From the NCBI GenBank assembly GCA_964016885.1, contig OZ024750.1, positions 17,360,001-17,424,000 on the forward strand: a DNA stretch of 64,000 bases. The letters run 5' to 3'. Source of the DNA: Eledone cirrhosa (lineage: Eukaryota). The notes beneath the pieces were generated by a model. The model was not told the DNA's origin. It saw only the letters and a list, made by a program, of their open reading frames with translations, and ran no database searches. Positions 50,101-61,277 of this stretch are shown in pieces. The translations under genes and the position numbers were made by a program. Positions within the stretch are counted from its first letter, which is position 1. Every line of letters begins with the position of its first letter.

Positions 50101-50829
50101 TCAACATCCAAGAAGAAAACAACTGGTACCCACACAAACAAAAGAGTAGCACAATCAACTCAGGTCACAAAGCCAATCAACAATGTTCAGCAATCAAACT
50201 CTAAGAAGAATAGGAAGAAACGTTTACTAAGTGATGGCAGCAGTGAAGATGAAGGCGATAATAATAATAATAATGATAATGTAAGCAACCTACAAGAAAA
50301 CAATAAAAGTTCTCTAAATGGTGTTATAAAAAAATCCAATCTTCAGGGATCAAATTCTGTGAAGAGCAACAAAAAACGACAAAAACTGCTGGATTTTGAG
50401 AGCAGTGATGAGGACTTAGGTGGGAAAAGTGTTGAGAAGTTGGACAAAAGTCCAGTTGCAGAGATGAAAACAGCATCCAAGGATAAACGTAAGAAAGTTC
50501 TGATATTGGAGAGTTCTGATGATAATAGTTCTGCTGAGGGAGATAAGGAAAATCAGAAAATTGATTCCACAAAAGAACCAAACGAAAAAGCTGGAGTCTT
50601 TGATGCTTTTGACAAAGCCCAGAATATCAAGACCAATAAATATAACACAAACGCCATCGACAAGAACAAGAACAGTAATAATCCAGTTGATACTAACACT
50701 TTCCCTGCTACTTTACTGTCCATACCAAATATGGAAACAGAATCCAATGTCTTTGATGACCATGTACCACTGGTCACTGCCATCCATAAAAAACATGGCT
50801 TTATCAGCGATGATGACGACAGTGATTAA
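44110..50829 (+). CDS. TIMELESS: Protein timeless homolog (Tim2/timeout type, fork protection complex), single exon, 2239 aa
   Basis: ELQAICSALGYQEG..Y.KEPDCLESVKDLI..LRRDD, DDDASIHDQVLW, RHSRFGGTF, RRSTLSIRL.LKEFC, HDETYYLWA, PFDAASEV, Myb-like WTEDQE repeats, VPVVPLTEENEDAME and FWRI. Confidence 0.95.
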   Translation: MDIELQAICSALGYQEGSKYLKEPDCLESVKDLIKCLRRDDDTCSIRRQLGNAEILQSDLLPLLKEYKTDRNLLETVIRLLLNLTQPARLCFGNQLPEDKILRNHYLEVESILRNYKKAFMDDVFFAVLTEKLTDLLKLDWEHRHEEDRMLIERLLILVRNILHVQPEADEEKRTDDDASIHDQVLWSLHVSGMEDLLLYIANSADERQYCMHTLEIISLMFRQQTPSLLASAGVQRAFSEKEKDVKELEIIREQEQITKRQRARMTSTRHSRFGGTFVLKNLQSISENEVIYHRSLDKAGNYSFDITKKSYKTPKNRAPIKQVDVVRRSTLSIRLCLKEFCVQFLENCYNPLMSAVKDNLVREVAQDHDETYYLWALRFFMEFCRLHSQQVELISETLSISAFHYIQVNLLNYYEMIMTDKKEGKVWAKRVHLALKAYQELLMTLHAMEISQNPHLVSSAKVLKGNIFYMMEFRDIFVTLLSKFNHSLHSTSYLTDLVHATHLFLKMLEIAQKSNRYMVVQTKKKKARKQIKKKTNVGGNSQMSEEELLGLWDDVSTEVSAILSGEKEMSEGVLPFDAASEVDIDTQRADTMVRIQTCLRSKNAAEAVALLRAAREVWPDNNEFGTTEMSSEDEFLALREVFMANLSQNIENTDPSATALAEEEEEPQENVLEEEMSAIAVNEEELNTRDFVAKFAKPTILKSYSILLANFKNNSAHTNHCIIKMFHRIAVDLHQEGMFFQASLFSTFREIVTLSKVKEFQEMVKFGVYIVQKFLAVAEKNKKVFMEMLFWKTTRQAEEVSSGYMEDPTKNIKQLWTEDQEIELRRLFDEAKEDPEKDVMGHIMAHLTDDTKSRGQVLRQLRISGLIESARDLKRGHPNSTNPNRAPWTEEQEIELRNVFEQFRESDDPLGNTMQNLSFTKSKNKIKDKLFGLDIIQDKKELSKKRSKKEKQRRMDESDESGDNGSSSDDDVQEDHVMATHADSTGEESDETEETIGEEQPSTSNNLTNTDIDDVLRDLVNHNYKGPIGWIQRSLRRTAEDRQTPGNYTGVPVVPLTEENEDAMEDPSFIEFLLLIGLVKPAEGQEVFWRISGDLDGPTLTLIADGLNLDENNQPVNTVELKKWFAARSVKSKTVKSKNKPKNSKSKSSINNDKRKKAMMALLKNQPKNKRSKRKNTAVTRSNEDSDNDNNNPGTSKKRRRTKKKKISDVPDEEGEENGDTNSQLNMSRGHSLNHNSDEDENKPGTSKIQHQTKKKSNFLDDEEGENGDSLSVNGDNNSQQNMSASHSPKFSKVSRKRKKRRELDSSSDEDIVRPLNTSQISATQNVDSSSDEDIVRPLNTTQNDDSSSDEDIVRPRNTTQNDDSSSDEDIVRPRNTTQIKVTQNDDSSSDEDIVRPRNTTQNDDSSSDEDIVRPRNTTQNDDSSSDEDIVRPRNTTQNDDSSSDEDIVRPRNTTQNDDSSSDEDIVRPRNTTQNDDSSSDEDIVRPRNTSQIKVTQNDDSSSDEDIVRPRNTSQIKVTQNDDSSSDEDIVRPRNTSQIKVTQNDDSSSDEDIVRPRNTSQIKVTQNDDSSSDEPLASISASKQKTTQEITGTHSKRRAAQLTIVTSSDSDSDDDDVGRLFIETEIDDNTSQKKKKKKKKKTNKKRLLSDSSSEEESNNNVSSVIVQEGNNKDSNDDSSSDEDIVRPLNTSQIKVSQNGDSSSDGALLSQVKSKHNVVVDDDDDGGVGGSSSDGPLPSQVKSKHNVVDDDDGGSSSDEPLISMSTSKKKTTGTHTNKRVAQSTQVTKPINNVQQSNSKKNRKKRLLSDGSSEDEGDNNNNNDNVSNLQENNKSSLNGVIKKSNLQGSNSVKSNKKRQKLLDFESSDEDFGGKSVEKLDKSPVAEMKTASKDKRKKVLILESSDDNSSAEGDKENPKIDSTKEPNEKAGVFDAFDKAKNIQTNKYNTNAIDKNKNSNNNPVDTNTFPATLLSIPNMETESNVFDDHGSSSDEPLTSMSTSKKKTTGTHTNKRVAQSTQVTKPINNVQQSNSKKNRKKRLLSDGSSEDEGDNNNNNDNVSNLQENNKSSLNGVIKKSNLQGSNSVKSNKKRQKLLDFESSDEDLGGKSVEKLDKSPVAEMKTASKDKRKKVLILESSDDNSSAEGDKENQKIDSTKEPNEKAGVFDAFDKAQNIKTNKYNTNAIDKNKNSNNPVDTNTFPATLLSIPNMETESNVFDDHVPLVTAIHKKHGFISDDDDSD
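48025..48834 (+). repeat. Coding minisatellite, ~13 units of 54/69 bp (DSSSDEDIVRPRNT[T/S]Q[IKVTQ]ND)
   Basis: Seen directly, in frame. Confidence 0.95.
49369..50764 (+). repeat. In-frame ~699-bp tandem duplication in the TIMELESS C-terminus
   Basis: 49369-50067 vs 50068-50764 near identical. Confidence 0.95.
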
Positions 50830-52699
50830 CCCTTTTCTCACCATATTTCTTATGAAAGGCACTGCCTTGAAAAATAATCAAGAATTTGGAGGTAGCATGA
50901 TGGTACTTCAACTCCTTGAACTCTTACACCAGACCTTCCTCAATCACTAGAGTGACTTCATTACCAACATTGAAATCCTTGAAAGGCAATATGCATGCTA
51001 TTTAACCCTTTCATTACCATATTTCTAATGAAAGTCCCTGCCTATGATTCTTAAATAACTTTTAAAATAATCAGGAATTTGGAAGTAGCATGATGGTACT
51101 TCAACTAATTGTAAATTCTTACATTAGTAAACAGTTTCCACTCCTTCAACACATACACTGATGTCTCCACTCCTTCATTGCCAACATTGAAAGGGCTGTG
51201 CTGTTTAATCCTTTCATTACCATATTTCTAATGAAAGACACTGTCTGTGATTTTCAAATCTTAAAAAATAATCAAGAATTTGGAAGGGTTTAACCAACCT
51301 CATTAAGTTTAGAACATAACTGAATACAATTTAGTATCAAAGAACCAAGGACGATTTCAGGTGGTTTGGTATCAAAAGGGTTCTAAATCTTTCTCCAAGG
51401 GAAAACTACTTAACCCCTTTGGTGATCATATTTTTAACAACAATATAGACTGTCTTTATGTAGTATTTATCAAAATAATCAAGAATTATGAGAGGTTTAG
51501 TGAAATAGCTAACCTTGAACTTAATACAAGTATTTTGAGGCCATTTTCTATGATGAAGCATTAAAACGTTAGGCTTGTGGGTCCCATAGTAAACTTCATA
51601 CTTATCATGGAATCTTTTTGTGGGGCTATGTTTTACGTCCAGATACCTTTCATAGCGCCAACTCTTTTTGTCATCTCTTACAACATGTAGGGATATGCTG
51701 TACCGATTCTAAACCAGATAACTTTGCTGAAATCTAATGTATGTGTGTGTGTGTGTTTGTATATATACACATATGCCCAGCCACAGTTGATTATGAAATC
51801 TGCAATGGGTGAAAGGGGATTGTGGTTATCTGCCACAGAAGTTGAACAATTGTGAGCATGATAAATACATACACACAGAGGACTACAAGTGATTATGAAA
51901 ACTGTAATGGATGAAAGAGGATTGTGGTTATTTGTTGCTGAAATTGAATGACGTTGATGATGGATAAAACATTTGTTAATAAAAAATATTGTACATTGTT
52001 AATGACCAGAATCCCTTTCATTAACATTTCTTATGAAAAACACTGCCAATGGTTTTCAAATCATTTTTAAAATAATCGAAAATGTGCAGGGATATAGTAA
52101 TATATCTAACTTTATAATTATCAAATTGATACTTGGAGTATAAATAAATGGAGGTTCTTACATAAAATTATGTTCAGTCTGTAGAATATTGCAATTTTTA
52201 AAAAATTCTTCCTTGTGTTATTGTGGGTTTTACTAACACCTTCACTTCTGGACTGTCTTTACAGAAACCACAATAAACAGTTAATGAAATAAATAATATT
52301 TTTTTTAACAAATAGATGATGTCTTTTTTAATATATTTCTCAAATATAGACAGCATAAACATGTGTGGTTCATGTGTAAGAAGTGGCATGATTTATGGGA
52401 GCAAGACATGGGTAATGAATGGAGAACAGCTAAGAAGCTTGGAAAGAAAATGTGCATGCTACATGTGTTAGAAGAAGGAACAAGACAGAAGTTATGAACA
52501 TGGAAGAGCAAAGAAAGTTGGAAAGAAGATAAATGAGGTTGGTTCCATAGATGAGTGAAGTATCGTTTAGAGAGAGAGAGAAAAACAATGAATTGTAGAG
52601 TGTTCAAGAGGTAGTGGAATCACGAACAGGCTAATAGAGAAAAGAGATTTTGTATATAACAGATGCACAAGAATAGTTGTTAGTAAAAGCATCTATGAA

Positions 52700-53290
52700 A
52701 TAAACTCTTTCTAATCCAAAGAAGGCTCCATAGAAGTAGTTGATAGTTTCAGTTACCTAATTGATCAAATTAGCAGTGAAGATGGTGGATGGCGCTCTGA
52801 AAGCATAGTAACTAGAATAAGAACGGTGAAAAATGTTCAGGAAACTATTACCTCTGTTGGTAACAAAAGGATTCTCTCTAGAAGCAAAGGGTAGATTATA
52901 TGATGCCTGTATACAAAGTGCAATGCTGCATGTTAATAAAACATGGGCATTGGATGCAGAGGATGTATGAAGGTTAGAAAGCAATGTTACGCTATATATG
53001 TGTGCATGAGAAACAAAGCATAGATGAATTGAAGGAAAACTGAGTATGAGAAGAATCAGATGCAGTGTGCAAGAGAAAAGATTGTATTGGTACAGACATA
53101 ATGATCATTGAATGAAGAGGTACCAAGTAACCAAAGTAAAGGAAGGTACAGAAGTAGAAGGCCTGGGTTAAATTGGTGAGAGCTGGTCTCAAGATGCTGA
53201 ACTACACAGACGAGATGTGAAAAGTGGAAGAAAGCTGTTCTGGAGAAGATATGTCTAACCCATGCAAGCATGGAAATACACGTTATATAA
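52700..53290 (+). pseudogene. RTE-clade LINE 3' remnant
   Basis: EVVDSFSYL...SESIVTRIR...LLPLLVTKGFSLEAKGRLYDACIQSAML; tail ctaacccatgcaagcatggaaa recurs near 54400, 58340 and 59865. Confidence 0.75.
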
Positions 53291-53349
53291 AGATGGTAAT
53301 GACAAATTTTTGTATTTGTATGACAAAATGTGGGAGGTCACAAAGGCAC

Positions 53350-53650
53350 ATGGCTGAGTGGTTAGGGTATTCAGCTCACAATCATAAGGCTGAGAGTTCA
53401 ATTCCTTGACTGAGTGGCACGTTGTGTCCTTGAACAATGCACTTTATTTCACATTGCTCCAGTCCACTCAACAGGCAAAAATGAGTTGTACATGTAATTC
53501 AAAAGGCCAGCGTTGTCACATTCTGTGTCATGCTGTATCTCCCTGAGAATTGTGTTAAGGGCACATGTGTTTGTGGAATACTCAACCACTTGTATTTTAA
53601 TTTCACAAACAGGCTGTTCCATTGATCGTATCAACTGGAACACTTGTCAT
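53350..53650 (+). mobile_element. tRNA-derived SINE (second family)
   Basis: A/B-box-like tggctgagtggttag...gagttcaattcc, then ttgtgtccttgaacaatgcactttatttcac. Confidence 0.7.
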
Positions 53651-56240
53651 CAGTTGACTGGTGGCTAGTTTGTAGAAGGTACATTATACTTTGCCATTTC
53701 TTATCCCACCCAAATATATGAAAGATTTCTCCCAATAAACATAGAAAGAATCCAACATTACTCTTGTACCTGTTCCAGTCAGCCGGCTGAGGCCATCCTG
53801 GGGCACCGCCTTTGTGTAAAATATTTTTCATTGTGTTATAATTTATCTGAAAATAAAATGTTTATTTGTATTTTTTGTTGTTTTTTTTTTTAAAGTCAAA
53901 AAGTCAATGAGTTTTATTTAAATGTGTTATATTTATTTACTGATATTTTTTTATAGATCTTTCATTTATTTTACAGTTGAGTGGCCATGTGGTTAGTGTG
54001 TTGAGTTCATGATCATGAGGATGTGGGTTCAATTCCTGGACCAGTTGATATGTTGTGTTCTTGAGCAAGACACTCCATTTTATGCTGCTGCAGATCACTC
54101 AGCTGAAAATGAGAACCAGCAGAATTTGGGGTTAACTTTGTTTTACACTGATCTTGTACCCACAGTTGCTTAACAGACATGAAATGGGGGAGAAGACTCC
54201 ATGCTTCCTCCAACTCATTTAAAAATGGGGAAAATGGATAAAAAAGGTGATGGTAACAAGACAGAAAGCACCCAGCACACACTGTAAATGTTGTTGGCAT
54301 TGGGAAGGGATCCAGCTGTAGAAACCAGGCCAGAAACAGTTCTGTGTGAGCAAGACACAGTCACTTGACCCAAATTTCCTCTAACGAGACAACCCATCTA
54401 ATTCATGCTAGCGTGGAAAAATGGACATTAAACAGTGATGACGATATATGCATTACAGCACACCAATTTACCAGCATCATTGGCTTTTGTTTGCTCTCCA
54501 TGATGGCATGTATTGGGGTGACCAATCATGACATCACGTTTCATATTTGGAATGGTTTCTATGGCTGGAAAGGTTTCCAAATACCAACCACTTTACAGAG
54601 TGGGCTTGGTACGTTTTTCCTGAAACCAGAGTGGGTATGTTTCTCGTGCGTGACACTAATACTACCACTTTACATAGTAGTCTGGGTGCATTTTATATTT
54701 ATATTATACTATACCGATTGTGTTGTTATTTTCTGCTCACCTTTTACATATATATATATAGAGAGAGAGATAGGGGGGGGGGGGGGGGGTCGTTGGATAA
54801 TACAGTATTTGGTTCTTAGCTCATACCTATACATGTATATAGAGAGATAGTGGGATATGTTGGATAATATTGCCTTTGGTTCCCTGCTCAAAGGAAAAAG
54901 ATTGGATGGTCACGACTGGAATGTCATAGTTCTGCTGGATATGATAACCCAATCTCCTTCAAACCATACCGTCTTTAAAAAATAAGTGATACTATTCAAG
55001 TATATCATATTAGGAAGTCTGCTCGCTTCCGTTATCTCAATTCGAGTTATATCCCCTGGACTATTCAAACTTTTTGTTTTTTAATTTTTCTCTTCTTTTT
55101 TACGCACAAAAAAAAAATCTAGTATTCACTGATTAGGCCCTACAATGTTATTGGTACTAACGAATTAATGAGTTAATTGGAATATTACTAAATGATATGG
55201 ATGATTTGAAAGTTTTCTAATTTAGTAACAAAGGTAAAGTTGACCTCGTTAGGATTTTGTAAATAACTGGAATAACCACCAACGCTTTAACGGTTCCACT
55301 AATCTACTTCGACAAGTTACAGTGAACCAGAAACCTTAAACGTATCCGGAGTTGTCTCCCCTGGCAATTATGATTAATGAATCGATAGAGAATCGTCGGA
55401 CAAAATATTAAACTTCATGTTCTAAAGTACGTTATTGTGGTTGCGCTTTTAACGTAATTCTCTAGGAACCTCGACACGACTCAGTGTGTGACGAGGCCGG
55501 ACATTTAAATTATAGGTTACAGTCCATCTCTTATAGTGTAAATAGTTGATTTCTCCACAGTCACGTTTACCCATAACATAATTCTCAAGTAGCTTCAGCA
55601 CGATACGGTGTATGACAAAGCTAAACCTTTGAATTATATATTCAGTACTAGCTACTTAAATAGTTATTGAGCAGCTTGAAATAAGGCTTAAATTTCACAT
55701 TTGGCTTGGACCTATCACCAACAGGCGTTGCCGGAGTGAAGGACTACATTGTAATCCTTACTTTTTATAATAGTTGTATTTACAGTATAGTACCTCCCAC
55801 CACCATCAATTCCCATCCTAAATGTGTTTCCTCATAACTTTCTTTAAAATGTATAATTCTAAATAAATTTTCGGAAGTGTAGAAATGTTTTATTTTATTA
55901 TTTTATTTTTTTCAATTATCAGTTGTAGAAGTGACATGTTCAAGAAAAATATCTGTAACATTATTTTGATTGATATTCATTATCAAACTAAAATAAGAAC
56001 GCATGGTGAGTTTACGTTTAGTCTACTGAAAATACATCGAAAGTATTAAATAAATGAAGACATTAATGAACGGACGTAACAATGATAAAATTCTTTTTAA
56101 AAAAATTTGTCTTGATGTTTTATCAATATAATCGTAATCTACACCGTCAAAAACGTAACTGCAAAACTTCATTTCGTTTCGTTATTTTTATAATCAGCAC
56201 TTGCAAAAATTTCAATTGTAGTTATCTCCCTTGATGCTCA

Positions 56241-56249
56241 ACCGGAAGT
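56241..56249 (+). promoter_or_regulatory. ETS/GABP-type motif ACCGGAAGT upstream of PAM16
   Basis: About 75 bp upstream of the ATG of a mitochondrial housekeeping gene. Confidence 0.5.
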
Positions 56250-56321
56250 TGTTTCTGAAGGACATGCTGGTTCACCTGATGTGGGACAATAACAACAGTT
56301 TCTTGCCTTAATTTCAGCTCC

Positions 56322-56705
56322 ATGGCCAAATATCTCGCTCAAATAATAGTGGCTGGAGTCCAGATAGTTGGACGGGCCTTCACAGCTGCTCTACGTCAGG
56401 AAATCAAGTCTAGTCAACAAAATGCCCAGCGTGCTGGCGGCGGACGAAGAGGTGCTCGGCGTGCCGCCGATGATACAGTAACGGGAATTTCACTAGCCGA
56501 AGCAAAAAATATCCTCAATGTCACAGACTTAAAAGACGCGGAGACAGTGGATAAGAACTTCAAACACTTATTCGATTCCAACGACAAACCAAAGGGTGGT
56601 TCTTTCTATATACAATCGAAAGTTTTCAGAGCCAAAGAAAGAATTGACTTGGAAACAACTAAGGACAATGATGAAGGCAAAGAACCTCCCTCAGTATCTT
56701 CTTGA
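56322..56705 (+). CDS. PAM16: Mitochondrial import inner membrane translocase subunit Tim16/PAM16 (Magmas), single exon
   Basis: [66 protein letters not shown]. Confidence 0.95.
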   Translation: MAKYLAQIIVAGVQIVGRAFTAALRQEIKSSQQNAQRAGGGRRGARRAADDTVTGISLAEAKNILNVTDLKDAETVDKNFKHLFDSNDKPKGGSFYIQSKVFRAKERIDLETTKDNDEGKEPPSVSS

Positions 56706-57049
56706 TGCTGGCATTTTCTTAGCAAGGGATCTGTAAATAATAATTATAATCATATATATATATATGTGTGTGTATATATATATATATTGGCACACATTGT
56801 GATAGGTAGCTGCGAAGAAAAACAGAAAGCATTACAGAGTTAATTTTTAAAAATTGTATCGTTTAAAATACCTGTATTTCGGAAGGAGGCGTTAAGAACT
56901 GTATAGTGAAGACGTCCTGATGAACCTAAGTAAATATATATTTCATTAATCTATTGTATGTACTCGTGTGTCGCACCTCCATTTTAAAGATATATGCAGT
57001 GTACCTCATTTGTTAATTGGGTTTTTGTAGATTATATACATAAACATGG

Positions 57050-57515
57050 GTATAAGTCGCACCTCCATTTTACATACAATGTACTACATTTTTGAGGGCT
57101 GGAGTGGTATGATAAAGAATTTTATTTTCAAAAGATAAAGAAAGATTTTAAAAAATCAAAATTATGTTATGAGAAAATGCGTAAGGGCAGGTCTGGCTGT
57201 AGAGGAAACGACTATAAAGCCATAAATGAGAGGAAAATGAAAGGGGGGGGGGGGCTGCGGACAAGACGGCAAGAGCGTTTCCGCAGACAACGGCCAGCGA
57301 CATCAGCTGCAACAGCCACCCCACTTCTTGAGACTCGTTCCGATCTTGCGGAGGAGCTCGGCATTTCGGGGTCCGAGCACGCCTGAGGTCTCGAGGGTGG
57401 CCGGATCATCCCGAGTATTTGTTTGTATTTTTTAATTAAGGGCTTGTTGATAAGTCGCATGCTGTTTTTTTTTTTTATGTTATATTTTCGTGGGGAAAAT
57501 GTGCGACTTATACAA
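57050..57515. mobile_element. Possible pogo/Tigger-like non-autonomous DNA transposon remnant
   Basis: tataagtcgcac...gtgcgacttata inverted motifs; motif also at ~56970 and ~58408. Confidence 0.4.
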
Positions 57516-57629
57516 GAATATAAACAATAATTATTAATATGTTGTTCCCAAATATTTATTAATCAAACCTGTTGTTATCCTATAGATCTATCTAATGCCG
57601 CTCACATAGATAATGTGTCTTACTAATAA

Positions 57630-57722
57630 TTGTTTCTACTTTAGACACAAGGCCAGCAAATATCCAGTACATTACTGGTACTTTATTTTATCGACCCCGT
57701 AAGGATGAAAGGCAAAGTTAAC
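57630..57722 (-). mobile_element. SINE 3' part
   Basis: Reverse complement of the SINE core. Confidence 0.8.
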
Positions 57723-60127
57723 AATGATGCAATTTTAATACTTGCTTGACTAAGTTTATCAAACGTTTGGTAATTGTTGAATCAATTGTATTCCTTGTTT
57801 AGCCTAAGGCCATTAGATCAAGCATATTTATGATCAAAGGCAGTCTAGCCAGAACCATCCTTGCCCATATAAAATATGTAGAGCTCTTGTGATAAACTCA
57901 CATTTAAAATTGAAATAAATATCTAATCCTAATCCCAACTCGTAACTGTAACCCTAATTTTAAAACCTAACCCTTGAACAGTAAACCGTAACCCTGACCC
58001 TACCCTGTAACCAATATTTACATTGAGATAATAATAAAGCACTGAGTGTAGGACTTAAAAAAGATTGGCTGCTATTTGTAGGACTTAAAAAAGATTGGCT
58101 GCTATTTCTAGCACCTATAGTGATCACAGAGTTTCTCTAGTTATCTGGTATTGTATCCTTTATATATATATATGCATGCTAGCGTGGAAGATGGACGTTA
58201 AACGATGATGATGAAAGTGAGCTTGTAATGTTGTTGGTGTTAGAAAGAGTATCCAGCATTGAAATCTAACCAGAAATAGTCGTATATGAGCGAGACACGG
58301 TCACTTGACCTAACTTGCCTCTAATAGGACAACCCATCTAACCCATGCTAACCTGGAAAATGGACGATGATGAGATATATATATATGTATGTATACTTAC
58401 ACATGTATAAGTCGCACCTCCATTTTACATTACCTTCAGTTGAACAACATATATGCCTTGTGAACAAGATGACAAAAGCACTTTCACAAAAAACAGCCAG
58501 TTATTCCACCTTATGGGGCTCGTTCAGGCACAATACCCTCAATCCAGTTTGGTAGAGGAAGATGGCAATCCAAGGACTGAAGATACCAAAAGTTTCATTG
58601 CCAACCAACTCTTAATTAATGGCTGGTGGTTAACCCTTTTGAATTTACATTACTCTATATATACTATTATATTTTCATGCTAAAGGCCTCACATAATATT
58701 AAATCTATGAGGTTTTGATATTATTTATTTTGAAAACAATACCATTACACCAGTATGAGTGGTCGGTTACAGCCAGTTTAAACAGAAAAATTCTGGCTGG
58801 ATGTGGCAGGGGAAATTAGAACTGATCTCGAAATGTTGAATCTCAAAGAAATGATGAAGGAACACTATGAGTGGAGGGGTGCTGTGGTAGAAAAAAACCC
58901 GTCCATCCCAGGCAAGTATGGAAAAATAGGTGTAAAATTATGTTTAAATATTTATTTCTTCTTTCCACAGCAGCAGTGATTGGCACCAAGTTTGGTTCAT
59001 GATTTTACAGAAAACATTTTACAGCATTCACTGCAACAGATGTAAAAAAACGATCCAATTAATAAACTTTTAATCTGTAGAGAAACAACGATGTTTTCCT
59101 CTTCAAAATTCCATCAAACTGACTTTGTTATGGACCAAAGAGATTTTATTATATCTTCTCAGCTACCAATAAAACTGTTTATATATATAGAATTGTTGTG
59201 TTTTATCTCAATTTCTGACCTGAGGAATTATCCTTATTAAAGATTGATATAATTAAATAAGTATCTTTATATTGGATGTCACATCATTTCAACTGTTGTA
59301 ACCTCTCACCTGATATATTCAGGCTAGTATTCTTGACTATGTTGTTGTAGTCACAATGTTTTGGTTGATGTAACCTAAGGCCATCTTCAGATGCTTGTCA
59401 TATTCAGTAAGTTCTTATGGTGATAACATATATGTAGGTTATTCAGTAATTTTGTTGATTATTTGGGTATTAATATATTCTTCTTACATATAGTTAAATA
59501 TTGATAATTATTTAATAATTAGTATAGTAGGTATAACATCTGTGTAACAAATTAAACATTAAAATATATATATATATCACCTCTCAAAGGCGATGACACA
59601 CGGCCGTGACCTCTGGCGTCACGCAGTAATACAGAGTACCCGACCTCCCATGTGTACAAGCTGAAGCACATAGACAATATGCCCCCACACCCTCCCACTG
59701 CAAGGTGGTCGTGGAGGTGCCACGGCAAAAAAGCACCCAGACCACACTGTAAATGAGGTTGGTGTTAGGAAGGGCATCCAACTGTAGAAATCAAGCCAAA
59801 TCAGTTCCTGTATGAGCAAGGCATGGTCAGCCGACCAGACACTGCCCACAACAGGACAACCCATCTAACCCATGCTAGCGTGGAAGAACGGACGTAAAAC
59901 GGTGATGATATATCCACTCTATTTAACTTCATGGTTCTTGATATAATATTAGGTCTGCAGTAAATATCTTTCAACTTTAACCCTGTTAAATTTGATGTAT
60001 TGTTCTTACAAACTATGAATATTGCTTTGATAAAACTATAAATTCCAATTCATTTTTGGAAAATTACTATTCTTCCAAATAACTAAGTATTTTAATACAA
60101 CTGACACCATATTATTTGAAATACAGA

Positions 60128-60297
60128 GCGGTGGATTGGCAGTATCGGTAGAGGGTTGGACGCCATGCTTTGCAACATAGAGTTCAAATCCTGCCGAGGT
60201 TAACTTTGCCTTTCATCCTTACAGGGTCGATCAAATAAAGTACCAGTAATGAACTGGAATAATTGCTGGCATTGTGCCAAAAGTAGAAACAATTATT
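60128..60297 (+). mobile_element. SINE copy (another at 60830-60950)
   Basis: Same head and core. Confidence 0.85.
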
Positions 60298-60949
60298 TGA
60301 ACTTAGATTTAATTTGATAATTAATATATGTTATTTGTTATTCTTGAATGATTTTTATTGATATTTAATTAATCGTTTGAGATTTTAAATAAACTCTGAT
60401 GACACCTATGATTTATGGTAAGTAATAGCAAATTGTTAAATAAAATAATTTGCTGTCTGTGATGTATTACTGTGGGAAGAAACAACTGTCAGTGATTAAC
60501 CCTTTAGCATTTGAACCGACTGTATCTGGCCAGAATTCTCTCACTTCTTTCTGTTCAAACCAGCTGTAACCGGTCGCTCATACTGATGTTAAGGTATTGT
60601 TCTCAAAATAAATATCAAAATCTCATAAATTCAATATGATGTGAGATAATTATGAAAGTTATTACCACAAAAAAAGGGCTAAACATCTTGAACTTTTAAT
60701 TTTTGGTTTATAATCACATCACAACTATATACCAGCTCTATGTGATCCTATCATTGCATTGAGCTAAAATACACCTAGTAAATGAGTAAAATTTTCTCTC
60801 ATTAATTATATATATATATACTGCCCTTGCCATTCTGAGTTCAAATCCCGCCAAGGTTAACTTTGCCTTTCATCCTTACGGGGTCGATAAAATAAAGTAC
60901 CAGTAATGCACTGACTAATTGCTGGCCTTGTGCCAAAAGTAGAAACAAT

Positions 60950-60981
<32 letters not shown>

Positions 60982-61063
60982 AGTTAGCTTTCTATAATCT
61001 CAGTCACCCTCCACCACAGTAAGTCTTTGAAACAAACCGATGAAGATTTCAATAACATTCTTA

Positions 61064-61277
61064 TTAACCCTTTAGCATTTGCATTACTTTATATTTACTA
61101 TTGTATTTTTACAGTAAAGGCTTTACCCCACATGATATTGAATCTATGAGATTTTGATACCATTTATTTTGAGAACAATACCTAAACGTCAGTAAGAGGC
61201 CAGTTATGGTAGGTTTGAAAAGAAAGAGGTGAGAGAATTCTGGCCTGGTATGACTGGGTTAGATGCTAAAGAGTTAA
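61064..61277. mobile_element. TTAA-flanked MITE (piggyBac-like termini)
   Basis: ttaa-ccctttagcat...atgctaaagag-ttaa; related copies at ~60496-60682 and ~58630; similar ttaaccctt starts downstream of TIMELESS. Confidence 0.65.

Noticed and set aside
44110-50829. Assignment as Drosophila-type circadian tim1
   Set aside because: Motifs match the vertebrate TIMELESS/timeout replication-fork type
57177-57460. GC-rich short ORFs on both strands
   Set aside because: No recognisable domain; lies inside a probable DNA-transposon remnant
57920-58012. Telomere-like CCCTAA variants
   Set aside because: Short and highly degenerate; not a telomeric array
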